Both the position numbers and the translations under genes were made by a program. This document shows, piece after piece, positions 29,593 to 39,186 of a DNA stretch of 64,000 nucleotides (its first letter is position 1; every line of letters starts with the position of its first letter). Under the pieces are notes generated by a model that worked only from the letters and a program-made list of their open reading frames with translations, searched no databases and was not told the origin of the DNA. Source of the stretch: an uncultured archaeon (GTDB taxonomy: Archaea > Asgardarchaeota > Lokiarchaeia > Sigyniarchaeales > SOKP01); NCBI GenBank assembly GCA_964632315.1, contig CAZWEM010000002.1:64001-128000 (forward strand). The letters run 5' to 3'.

Positions 29593-31095
29593 TTAAATGT
29601 TAACTATAATTCCTTTATCTCTCATAAGCTTTAACTGTTTAGAAGCTTCAGAAATTTTATTGAAATTAAGATACATAATTTTTAGATTTTTAAGCATAAG
29701 AAGTTCTTTTGGGAGTTTTTCAATTTTATTTCCCCATAAATTAAGTATTTCTAAAGAAGATAAATTGCTTATCCAAGAAGGAATTTCATTCAATGAATTC
29801 CAGCTTAGATTCAATATTTTTAAATCATTGAGTCTGGAAATACATGAAGGAACCGATTCAAGATTATTGTTTCTCAAATTTAATTCTTGTAAACTACTAA
29901 TTAAACCTAACTCAGGAGGGAGTTCATTGATTTGATTATCATGAATAATAAGTTTTTTAAGCCTTGTAAGTAATGAAATCCAAGAAGGAATACTTGTTAT
30001 TTTATTACGCTCAAGACTTAGACTTTCAAGATTATTCAAATTTCTTATTACTTCTGGAAAATCCTTGAGCGCATTCCATCCTAATTCAAGTTGAACAAGG
30101 CTATTAGGTATTTCAAAATCGATTGAAAAGTCAGAGAGTTTATTATGATGGAGATCTAAGAGTTTTAGCTTTTTCATCTTTCCTAATTTTGAAGGTAATT
30201 GACTCAGCAAATTGTCTCTTAAAATTAGAAATTCGAGAAATTTAAGATTATAAACTGTTTCAGGCAACATTTTCAAGTGGTTCGATTTTAGACTTAGGTT
30301 TCTTAACTTTGAAAGAGTTGAAATAGTTTCAGGGAGGTTATAAATATTGTTGTAATTCAAATTCAATTCCTCAAGATGGTTTACTGTATTTATTATTTCA
30401 GGGAACCGCTTTAAATGATTATTGCTTAAATCTAATCTCTTCAAGTTTGATAAAGATAAAATGGCTTCAAGCGAATTAAATAATTTATTTAGATTTAAAC
30501 CTTGATAATCTACATTAGATAAATCAAGACTTAGTATTGCACCCTCATCACTAAAATCAAATTTAATATAACCAAATTTAAGCTTGAGTGAGGATATCAC
30601 CAGATAATTAATGAGGATATTAGCTATTTCCTTGCTATTTAAGGCCTCTAAATTGGCACTATTAGTGAAACCTTTCAAATTATATTTATATTTCTTTTTA
30701 AGCATATTATTTAATAATTTCAATAAGATTTGTTTCACTTCTACATTATTCATCCTTGCAATTTGATTGATTAAATTGATCTTTACAATCAGAGAAGCAT
30801 CTTTTACTAGTACCCATTTTATAGGAGGAATCGCTTCTTCTTTATATAGACCAATTAAAGTTTTAGCAGATTGGATCTTTATTTTATCATCATTATCAGA
30901 TATGAGCAAATTCTCTAAAAGGTTATAAACATTTTTTAATTTAAGATTTAACTTTTGAATTATATTAATGCTCTCTAATCGCGTTTGAACTTGATCAGAA
31001 TTATCAATTAATGCCATTAATAATTCTAGTGCTGAATTTTTATCTAGATCGCCATTCGAAAGATCCTCTATAATAGCTGCTGGAGTAAAAGTCAT
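29593..31095 (-). CDS. HEAT-like + LRR protein
   Basis: LENLLISDNDDKIKIQSA, then about 12 LRRs. Confidence 0.92.
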   Translation of the reverse strand: MTFTPAAIIEDLSNGDLDKNSALELLMALIDNSDQVQTRLESINIIQKLNLKLKNVYNLLENLLISDNDDKIKIQSAKTLIGLYKEEAIPPIKWVLVKDASLIVKINLINQIARMNNVEVKQILLKLLNNMLKKKYKYNLKGFTNSANLEALNSKEIANILINYLVISSLKLKFGYIKFDFSDEGAILSLDLSNVDYQGLNLNKLFNSLEAILSLSNLKRLDLSNNHLKRFPEIINTVNHLEELNLNYNNIYNLPETISTLSKLRNLSLKSNHLKMLPETVYNLKFLEFLILRDNLLSQLPSKLGKMKKLKLLDLHHNKLSDFSIDFEIPNSLVQLELGWNALKDFPEVIRNLNNLESLSLERNKITSIPSWISLLTRLKKLIIHDNQINELPPELGLISSLQELNLRNNNLESVPSCISRLNDLKILNLSWNSLNEIPSWISNLSSLEILNLWGNKIEKLPKELLMLKNLKIMYLNFNKISEASKQLKLMRDKGIIVNI

Positions 31096-31112
31096 AAGTT
31101 TTGAAAGACCAC

Positions 31113-32651
31113 TTAAATTCTTTCTATCATCATTCCCCCTAATACAATTGGTCCACCAGTAGAATTGTATATTTTCTCGGCGCGCTTTAGTTTAGTTTGA
31201 CTATCTGAATAGATCTTGAAAACTAATTCGCCTTCTTTTATTCTAGAACCTTGTTTTTTTATTATCAACACGCCTGAGTTTTTAGAATAAGGACATCCAG
31301 CTGCTTTAGCTATTTGATTGATAATACTATTTTTAACTTCAGTAATATGTCCAGACTTTACTGCAAAGAATTCTTTTTCATAGGGCCCTAATTCAATATC
31401 TTCAGGTTTGATGCTAGGATTGCCTCCTTGAGCCTCTATTATCTTTTTCATCTTCTTATAAGCTTTTCCCGTCCTTAACAGCTCCTTAGCAAGTGTTTGG
31501 CCTTTACCTCTTTGAGCTTTCCCACCCATCTCCAATAGTATACCTGCTAATTCAGTGGATTTTTCAATTAGTGAATTTGGACCTTTTGAATAATCCATAA
31601 GAAGATTAAGAGCTTCAAGAGCTTCAATTGCTGGTCCAACAGCATGTCCAATTGGTTGATGAGCTAGTGTTAATGCACATTCAGCATCGATCCCAACATT
31701 CTTAGCAATTTCTTTAAAGATATAAGCAAATTCTTTTCCTTTATCTGCTGTAGGAAATTTAGTACCTGGCCCGCAGGGTATATCTAGAACTAATTTTTTT
31801 ACTCCTAATGAAAGTTTCTTTGTTAGAATAGAAGGAATCATTAGGCCTACAGGATCCATATGTAGTGGTCTTTCGACTTCAATTAAAATGTTATCAGCTG
31901 GGGCAGTATTTAGAGCCCCGCCCCAAATAAGGCATGCATTTTCTTTTGATATTATTTCCTTTAGCTCTTCATATTCAAAAGCCACAGGTGCTAAAACCTC
32001 CATAGAATCAGCAGTACCAGAAGGTGAAGTGATCGCCCTTGTAGAAGATTTTGGAATCGTAAGACCCGCTGCAGCTACGATAGGCACTATGATAAGAGAA
32101 ACCTTGTTTCCAGGAACCCCCCCGGTGGAATGTTTATCGAATACATTTTCTCCAAAATTAAAAATGTCTCCGCTTCTTGCTTCAGCTAACGTTAAAGCGG
32201 TCATTTCATCATCATCCATACCATTAATTGACACGCTTGTTATAAAAGCAGACAAATCTATTCGAGATAAGGATCCCGATACGGCATCTTTAATAATACT
32301 ATGAATTTCTTCACTAGTTAGTTTTTCTGCTCTAATTTTTTTCTGTATGAATCGAAAAGAATCAGGTGGGTCTGCTGGTTTAATAGAAAGGATTATATTT
32401 TCCTTAATGTCTCTTTTTTCTTTTAATAAGTCTAACGGGAATCCTACTTCTCCAGAATTTACGATAGAATTTGAGTGATCTATTTCAAGAATAGCAACCC
32501 AATATCGATCTTCAATAGATTTTGACTTAACATTCTTTATTCGAATTCTTTCTCCTGCTTTTTGTCCAAGTTCTAAAGCATCCCTGTAATTCAAAATTAC
32601 TTCTTTTTTATTCCCGGACTCATAATTCATTGCTTTAACTTTTAACTTCAT
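31113..32651 (-). CDS. AMP phosphorylase (archaeal thymidine phosphorylase family)
   Basis: N-terminal beta-barrel extension, DKHSTGGVPGNK, PKSSTRAITSPSGTAD, PIGHAVGPAIEA, IIEAQGG. Confidence 0.93.
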   Translation of the reverse strand: MKLKVKAMNYESGNKKEVILNYRDALELGQKAGERIRIKNVKSKSIEDRYWVAILEIDHSNSIVNSGEVGFPLDLLKEKRDIKENIILSIKPADPPDSFRFIQKKIRAEKLTSEEIHSIIKDAVSGSLSRIDLSAFITSVSINGMDDDEMTALTLAEARSGDIFNFGENVFDKHSTGGVPGNKVSLIIVPIVAAAGLTIPKSSTRAITSPSGTADSMEVLAPVAFEYEELKEIISKENACLIWGGALNTAPADNILIEVERPLHMDPVGLMIPSILTKKLSLGVKKLVLDIPCGPGTKFPTADKGKEFAYIFKEIAKNVGIDAECALTLAHQPIGHAVGPAIEALEALNLLMDYSKGPNSLIEKSTELAGILLEMGGKAQRGKGQTLAKELLRTGKAYKKMKKIIEAQGGNPSIKPEDIELGPYEKEFFAVKSGHITEVKNSIINQIAKAAGCPYSKNSGVLIIKKQGSRIKEGELVFKIYSDSQTKLKRAEKIYNSTGGPIVLGGMMIERI

Positions 32652-32740
32652 ACTAGTTCAATTAAAGAATTTTGTGTATATAATTTTAATGCGAGTTAAG
32701 ATTGAAAAACTTAATTAAAAATCCTCAAATTATAACACTT

Positions 32741-33880
32741 ATGAATAAATTTGAAAAAGCGCAAACCGTTTTAAATGACTTAGCTATCGATAGCTGGTTG
32801 ATCGTTAGTAATGAAGACAGCGATATTAACTCTAAATTTATGTTAGGAGTTGAGTCACATGCAAGACATTATATCTTTATTTCTGCTAAGGGAAACCACG
32901 AAGTCATAGCTGTACCTATGGAAGCACCTATGATTAAGAAAGCTCTTGAAAATAAAGGTATAACTGCTAAAGTCAATTCATTTTCCACAACTGATGAACT
33001 AATTCTAAAACTGAAGGAACTCATAAATAAAAGTAGAATTGCTCTAAACTATGGTGAAAATGTTTTAGATAACGATGGAACGGGGTATGCTGATTTTTTG
33101 AGAGCGGGAGATTTTGCTTGCTTAAAAGATTTAGCCCCTAAAGCAGAATTTTGTTCTGCAGCTCCTATTATTTATGCTTTAAGGTCTGTAAAGTCTAATG
33201 AAGAGCTGAAAGATTTACGAAATACTTGTAAAGCTACGATAGAGTTATTAGAGTTATTGCCAAATTGGGTAAAAACCGGTATAACAGAAAAAGAAATACA
33301 AGCAAAATTAGAATATGAATACATGAAATTAGGGAAACCCTCTTTTGGAACTATTGTAGCTAATGGTGCTCATTCTGCAGATCCGCATCATAATACGTCG
33401 AATAAAAAAATAGAGCCGGGGGTGTTATTAATTGATACGGGCTTACAGATTGATGAAATGTGTTCAGATATAACTTGGACTTATTGGGTAAAAGGAGAAC
33501 CATCAGAGAAATTTATTAATGCATATACTGCTCTTTATCTTTCTAAAGAAGAAGCTAATGAATACATGATCGACGGAAATCCAAATTATATTCCCGCGCT
33601 AAAATGTAGGGAGACTTTAGCTGCTAAAGGATATGATCACGAAAATTTATTTTTTCATGGTTTTGGTCATGCCTTAGGTTTTGAAGCGCATGATATTGGA
33701 GCTAGAATTAGTTGGAAAGTATCAAAAGAGTTTATTCTCAAAGAAAATATGGTTTATACGAACGAGCCCGGTTTGTATTGGCAAAATGAATGGGGAATTC
33801 GTTTAGAAGATGATGTAATTATTGGAAAGAACAAATGTGAAGTTGTTACCAGAGTGCCAAAAGAACCAATAATTATCTAA
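32741..33880 (+). CDS. M24 family Xaa-Pro aminopeptidase
   Basis: ADPHH, LIDTG...SDITWT, HGFGHALGFEAHD, TNEPGLY, GIRLEDDV. Confidence 0.92.
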   Translation: MNKFEKAQTVLNDLAIDSWLIVSNEDSDINSKFMLGVESHARHYIFISAKGNHEVIAVPMEAPMIKKALENKGITAKVNSFSTTDELILKLKELINKSRIALNYGENVLDNDGTGYADFLRAGDFACLKDLAPKAEFCSAAPIIYALRSVKSNEELKDLRNTCKATIELLELLPNWVKTGITEKEIQAKLEYEYMKLGKPSFGTIVANGAHSADPHHNTSNKKIEPGVLLIDTGLQIDEMCSDITWTYWVKGEPSEKFINAYTALYLSKEEANEYMIDGNPNYIPALKCRETLAAKGYDHENLFFHGFGHALGFEAHDIGARISWKVSKEFILKENMVYTNEPGLYWQNEWGIRLEDDVIIGKNKCEVVTRVPKEPIII

Positions 33881-33882
33881 TA

Positions 33883-35193
33883 TCACATTGTTATTGAAAA
33901 TGGAAACTCTTGATTAATTTCTATTGGATTCTGATCTGAATCCTTAAATGTGATATCAAAATTTATCTTAAAATCTCCCACTTCTTCAGGTTTTATATTT
34001 AATTCCCATTTCATTTTTTCATTTGATCGTAATGAGTAAATTTGTTTTTCTATTGTTCCACGTATAATTTTTAATTGTTCTGGGAACTTTGCTAACACTT
34101 TCACATCAAGAGCTTCCCCATCACTCTCATTTTCTAAGAGAATTTCTAAGGGAAAAGATTGACCAATAAGAGGAGGTCTTAAGTTCTTTATAGAGATTTT
34201 TAAGGAAGCTGGAGGGGAGATCAATTTTGGTTTGATAATATCTGTCATATATTCACAGGAGATCTTCCCATTAACTTCAAGAGTAATAATAACCGGTCCA
34301 ATATAGGGCTCGTCAAGTTGAAAGTGAGGTTTAAGCGTGAATTCCAAAGATAAATTATGATGGTCTATTGGAATCTCATAGGGTAAACTTGGTTTATTAC
34401 TCAATGCGAGATTATCAGATACTTTCATATTAAGCTTAGTTATTTTTAACTGATCAACTTTATATTCGAAAAAGGAATTATTTGAAATCTTTGATAAAAT
34501 TCCAGCATTTAAGTCTAATTTTAAATGTATGAGATCGTTAGTTGTATATAATTCTTTGTCTAAGTTCAATTCAGACTTGATTCCAATTGCTAATTGAGAT
34601 AGCATTAAAACTTTCTTAAGCAATTCAGTTTCAATTTGAGTAAACTTAAAATTTTCTATATTTTCTACTACTTTTTCAAGCATATTTACATTTTTATCTC
34701 TATTAGCAATGGTGACATCAGTCACTAATTTTACTAATTCATTTTGCTTGAAATATTCATTATCGACCTTCCCTTGATATTTTTTAATAAAGTTAAGACC
34801 ACTTTCTTGTTTAATCTCCACAAACGAACATAAGTATGACAAAACGGGAAATAGAATATAATTGAAATTCTTTTCATTTGAACTCCGTAATTTTGGTATA
34901 ATATTTAGGGCACTTTTATAAAGATGATTGGCTTTTGAATATTTTTCTATCATTAAATAGACATCGCCAGCTAGCTTTAATACTTCTAATACTTCGGAAT
35001 ATTTTTCCATCTCAAGATAGCATTCTGAAGCTTTTAAGAAGCAATCTTTCGCTAACCTATAATCTTTTAGTTCTAAGTAATTAGTTGCTGCTTTGTGATA
35101 CAGCTTACTAGCTTTTTTATATCCTCTTGCTTTAAATAGCTTTTCTGCCTTTAAGACCTTTTCTTTGATTTTAGTTAATGGATCTTTTCCCAT
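33883..35193 (-). CDS. SNAP/TPR-like helical protein with C-terminal Ig-like domains
   Basis: ASKLYHKAATNY...AKDCFLKASECY helical repeats; GQSFPLEILLEN..GEALDV...IKPEEVGDF..ITFKD beta-sandwich. Confidence 0.65.
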   Translation of the reverse strand: MGKDPLTKIKEKVLKAEKLFKARGYKKASKLYHKAATNYLELKDYRLAKDCFLKASECYLEMEKYSEVLEVLKLAGDVYLMIEKYSKANHLYKSALNIIPKLRSSNEKNFNYILFPVLSYLCSFVEIKQESGLNFIKKYQGKVDNEYFKQNELVKLVTDVTIANRDKNVNMLEKVVENIENFKFTQIETELLKKVLMLSQLAIGIKSELNLDKELYTTNDLIHLKLDLNAGILSKISNNSFFEYKVDQLKITKLNMKVSDNLALSNKPSLPYEIPIDHHNLSLEFTLKPHFQLDEPYIGPVIITLEVNGKISCEYMTDIIKPKLISPPASLKISIKNLRPPLIGQSFPLEILLENESDGEALDVKVLAKFPEQLKIIRGTIEKQIYSLRSNEKMKWELNIKPEEVGDFKINFDITFKDSDQNPIEINQEFPFSITM

Positions 35194-35307
35194 AGAATCA
35201 TCATCAATTTAAATTTCAAATATATTGAGATAAGTGATAGATCAATTATTATTTTTTTTTAATTAGGATTTAATTTAGAAATTTAAAGAAAAAAATGAAT
35301 TTGAAAT

Positions 35308-35919
35308 TTAATAAGCCATGAGAATCAAAACAAATGCAACCAAGATTAATGTGCCACTTACTACAAAAAACCAAGTAAATATTACAAAACCGATTATCAA
35401 TACTGTCCACCATGCATAAGGGATTTTGATATTAACTTGAGTAAGTGTTAAAATCAGCACGATAGCAAAAATAATTGCTACAATAGCGCCCCCAATTAAG
35501 AGGGGGTTCCCACTTAACATGCTCATTACAGACTCATAAATGGCATAAATAGCACCTATTAAGGCTACAATCCTTGATGCTGGATAAGGTTTTCTTGTGC
35601 TCATAAATTCGATTAATGCAGCTATAAGTAAGAGTATTCCAACTAGATAGTTTGGACCGACGAGATATTCAACAAGAATTAAGAATAAACCTATGATAAG
35701 CAATATCCACCAAATAAATGGAATTTTGAGTTTATTCATATCGATGATATTCAGTGATCCCCATATGACAAATGCGATAATCAATCCCACTATGCCAAAA
35801 ATAATTGCCAAAACATTTGCAGTATAAAAATAACTGATAGAATCTTTAATTAAAATTAAGGCTCCAATTAATGCTATTACTTTTGGAGCACTAATACCTA
35901 CTCTTGAAGTTTCAACCAT
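35308..35919 (-). CDS. Membrane protein with internal duplication (about 8 TM)
   Basis: Two halves (K/R)xxALIGA...KIP(F/Y)xWW.lliIG; ATG 6 nt after GATGGTGA. Confidence 0.82.
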   Translation of the reverse strand: MVETSRVGISAPKVIALIGALILIKDSISYFYTANVLAIIFGIVGLIIAFVIWGSLNIIDMNKLKIPFIWWILLIIGLFLILVEYLVGPNYLVGILLLIAALIEFMSTRKPYPASRIVALIGAIYAIYESVMSMLSGNPLLIGGAIVAIIFAIVLILTLTQVNIKIPYAWWTVLIIGFVIFTWFFVVSGTLILVAFVLILMAY

Positions 35920-36077
35920 AAAAATTCACCATCAGTATTGAAAGCTAATTTGTAGAAAATAAATTAATACTTAGCTAAAATTAGCATACTTAGTATTTAT
36001 ATTTTTATATTGATAACTTATTAAAACTGGTCAAATTATTATTATAAAATTAAAAAAGAAAATGTAAAATCTTCTTT

Positions 36078-36144
36078 CCGAAACCATTACATTATGGTAC
36101 GTCATCTTATGACTAAAATTTACTCGTAAGATTCATCCATTCGG
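36078..36144 (-). promoter_or_regulatory. Eukaryote-type SECIS element in the 3' UTR of hdrA-mvhD
   Basis: mRNA: AUGG-AUGA-AUCUUACGAGU-AAAUUUU-AGUCAUAAGAU-GA-CGUA-CCAU; AUGA/GA core, 11-nt helix II, apical AAA; AUGA begins 10 nt after the mvhD stop. Confidence 0.88.
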
Positions 36145-36145
36145 T

Positions 36146-36589
36146 TTATTTCTCTTTAGATTCATTTTTAGAATCTAATTTTTTAATCGGGTTTTTACCG
36201 ATATTCTCTATTATCTCAGAAACGCGTGTAACTTCTTGCTGAAATCTTTGACCTTCAGCAGCACTGCAATGAAACATCTGTATGCGATCGGGATCCATAC
36301 CAGCAGCCTTGAGTATCTCACGGGTATACTCCACATTCTTAGCCGCAACTAGGTTACCTGTTTCATAATCACATTCTCCCTCATATCATCCGGCCACGAT
36401 TACCCCATCAGCCCCTTTTCCCATTGCTCTCATCATTAGACTTGGAGTAACTCGTCCAGTACAGTTAATACGTATTGGTCGGATAGTAGCAGGATATTGA
36501 GCTCTAATTGTACCAGCCATATCACCTGCACCATACCCTCACTTCCAACACATGAAAGCAATAATTTTCTTATCATTTTCTACTGCCAT
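36146..36589 (-). CDS. mvhD: Hydrogenase iron-sulfur subunit MvhD/VhuD, selenoprotein with 2 Sec (147 aa)
   Basis: MAVENDKKIIAFMCWK-U-GYGAGDMAG...INCTGRV...GADGVIVAG-U-YEGECDYETGN...; TGA at 36539-36541 and 36386-36388; ATG 5 nt after GAGGTGG. Confidence 0.93.
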
Positions 36590-36602
36590 TTTATCCACCT
36601 CT

Positions 36603-38576
36603 TTAAAGTTCTTCCAGAATTGCATCAATCTGTTTTTCATATTGGGGTTCACGGTAATATCGTAGGGTTATCGCCTCGGAAGGACAATTTGCTAAACAAG
36701 TACCGCATCCTCTACATAAAATCTCATCAACCTCTGCTCCATCTGACTTTAACGTAATGGCATTATATGGACAATTTAACTCACATAATCCGCATTTTGC
36801 ACAGAGTTCCTTGTTAACTGTAGCTCTGATTAATAAGATCCGATATTTATCCTTTCCCATCAAACGTGCTAATGATGATGCAGCAGCTCTTCCCTGTGAA
36901 ATTGACTCGGCGATTGATTTAGGTCCTTGAGCCACTCCAGCTAAAACTATACCGGGAATTTTAGTGTCAATGGGATTTAATCGAGAATGAAATTCTTTAA
37001 AGAAACCATCTTGACTCGTTTCAAGCTTCAATATTTTCCCAATTTTATCAACACCTTTAGCTGGTACCATAGCGCAGGATAAAACGACTAATTCGTATTC
37101 GTATTCTTTTAATCCCTCATTACTAAGCGTGTTTTGTAAAATTACTTTTAGGTCATGTGTTTTCTTATCTTCTTGGATTTTTGAAACATTAGTTCTAATA
37201 TACTTAATCCCCTCTCTTCTTGAGGCAGTATAATACTCTTCATAATCTTTCCCCGCTGCTCTTATATCAATATATGCAACACTAATTTCAGCATCAGGAT
37301 AATGTTGCTTGATCAGTTTTGTGTTTTTTATTGAAATCATGCAACAGACTCCAGCACTACAATAAGTTTGTTTGTTTAAATCCCTTGATCCAACGCATTG
37401 AATGAATAACATTTTCTTGGGAGTTTTTCCATCTGAGGGTCGGACCAGATGTCCAACAGTTGGTCCGTTCGGAGCAAGCATTCGTTCAAGTTTCATCTGA
37501 GTAATTACATTTGGGAAAACGTTATAGCCTAAATACCCCGTCTCAGGTTCATATTCATCCCAACCAGTAGCAACGATAATGGAACCTACCGTTAATTCAA
37601 CGATTTCATCTTGTTGATCGAAATTAATAGCATTTAACTCACATACTTGTGCACATAGTCCACATTTGATACATTTATTCATATCAATTTGAGCTTTTGA
37701 AGGTACGGCTTGTGCAAATGAAACATAAATTGCTTTCCTTGAGTTCATTCCTTCATTAAATTCATTATAACCATATGCTGGACACACCTCAAAGCATGAG
37801 CCACATCCATTACACTCATTAGTTACATACTTCGCCTTCTTTCGTATCTTAATATTGAAATTCCCTACAAATCCCGTTACTTCTTCAACTTCACTATACG
37901 CATAAAGATTGAGGTTTGGAGCCCTAGCAGCTTCTAGCATGACAGGACCAAGTATTCATATACTGCAATCATCAGTTGGGAATGTTCTGTCTAACATAGC
38001 CATTTTTCCACCGATTGTAGTACTCTTCTCGACAAGATGTACTTCAAATCCTTCATCAGCTAAGTCAATGGCTGCTGTCAATCCAGCTACCCCTCCTCCA
38101 ATAATTAATGCTTTTTTAGTAATATCCACTTCTTTTATGAGGATTTTTTCCAATACAGATGCACGAGCTACTCCTGACTTAATTGCATCTTCTGCTGTTT
38201 TCTGAGCTCCAGGTTTATCTTGACGATGAACAAAACTTGCATGCTCACGAATATTTACAAATTCAAGATAGGATGGATCTAAATTCATCGATTCCAGGAC
38301 ACTTTGAAATACTGGCTCATGTGTTTTTGGAGTACATGATGCTACGACTAATCTATTAGCATTACTTTCAATCATCTTTTCTTTAATGAATTCTGCTCCT
38401 GGTTCAGTACAAAGACTGATGTAATCTGAAGCTTCAACGACATTTGGGAGAGTTTTTGAAAATTCGGATAATGCTTTCGTATCAATGATTTCTGCGATGT
38501 TAATACCTCACGCGCAAACAGCGACAAATACACGTATTTCTTCGTTCGTATCACTAGTAGTTTCTGCTTCTACCAT
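36603..38576 (-). CDS. hdrA: Heterodisulfide reductase subunit A (HdrA), selenoprotein with 2 Sec (657 aa)
   Basis: One frame from ATG 38576: VFVAVCA-U-GINIA (TGA 38508-38510), ASCTPKTHE, IIGGGVAG, KTFPT-like RTFPTDDCSI-U-ILGP (TGA 37956-37958), QCVGSRD, CSAGVCC, four ferredoxin Cys motifs. Confidence 0.95.
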
Positions 38577-38745
38577 TGCATATTCACCTTTTTAGTTTTT
38601 TAATTGATCCTCCATTTTTTAGTATTTTATAAAGATCAAGATTGAATAATCAAGTATAAATCTAAAATCTTTTATATATCTTTTATAAGTGATCAAATTA
38701 AAAATCTTTTAATTTTCAAATTAAAGACTTACTTTGGTATTCAAC

Positions 38746-39186
38746 ATGATTTTTAACATACTACAAACAGATGGAAAAATACCTCCCGGAATCTTAATAA
38801 CGTATTCTATACTAGTGGGAGTTGGGTTCATTGTTTCTGTTTTGCTTTTAAAATTAGGATTAAGATTTGTAAAAGCTGAAAGAAGGAAGACTTTCAAATG
38901 GACTGCTATTAGCTTTTTCCTTCAAGTATTGGTAATTTTTATGTTGGGGTCACCGTTCATCTTACTTGGTTTTGCAAATGCAATGAATGATAAAGATCCG
39001 CCAGTGGGCATTATTATCTTTATGGTAGTTATCGCAGTTTTTATCGATATGAACGTTATTAATGTTATTCATCGAACAGGATTGCTTAAATCTTTCTGGC
39101 CTTTCTTATTAATGGCTATTCCTATGGCGGCTACGATTGGATTTGGGATTATGATTGATAGAGTAGGATTATTTATTACGTTCTAA
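38746..39186 (+). CDS. Hypothetical membrane protein (about 4 TM)
   Basis: Four hydrophobic segments; no recognised motif. Confidence 0.75.
   Translation: MIFNILQTDGKIPPGILITYSILVGVGFIVSVLLLKLGLRFVKAERRKTFKWTAISFFLQVLVIFMLGSPFILLGFANAMNDKDPPVGIIIFMVVIAVFIDMNVINVIHRTGLLKSFWPFLLMAIPMAATIGFGIMIDRVGLFITF

Noticed and set aside
24512-31095. Periodic DNA in the LRR genes as a CRISPR or tandem repeat array
   Set aside because: The 69-nt periodicity is degenerate and protein-level; there are no identical repeats with spacers and no cas genes
16876-32651. RuBisCO + AMP phosphorylase as a CO2-fixing nucleoside salvage pathway
   Set aside because: The RuBisCO homolog lacks form III catalytic residues (KPK, HR), lies 13 kb away, and no R15P isomerase is in the window
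38372-38554. 60-aa minus-strand ORF
   Set aside because: Out-of-frame overlap with the true hdrA N-terminus
36146-38576. hdrA/mvhD as pseudogenes with premature stops
   Set aside because: All four interruptions are TGA at conserved Cys positions, there are no frameshifts, and a SECIS follows
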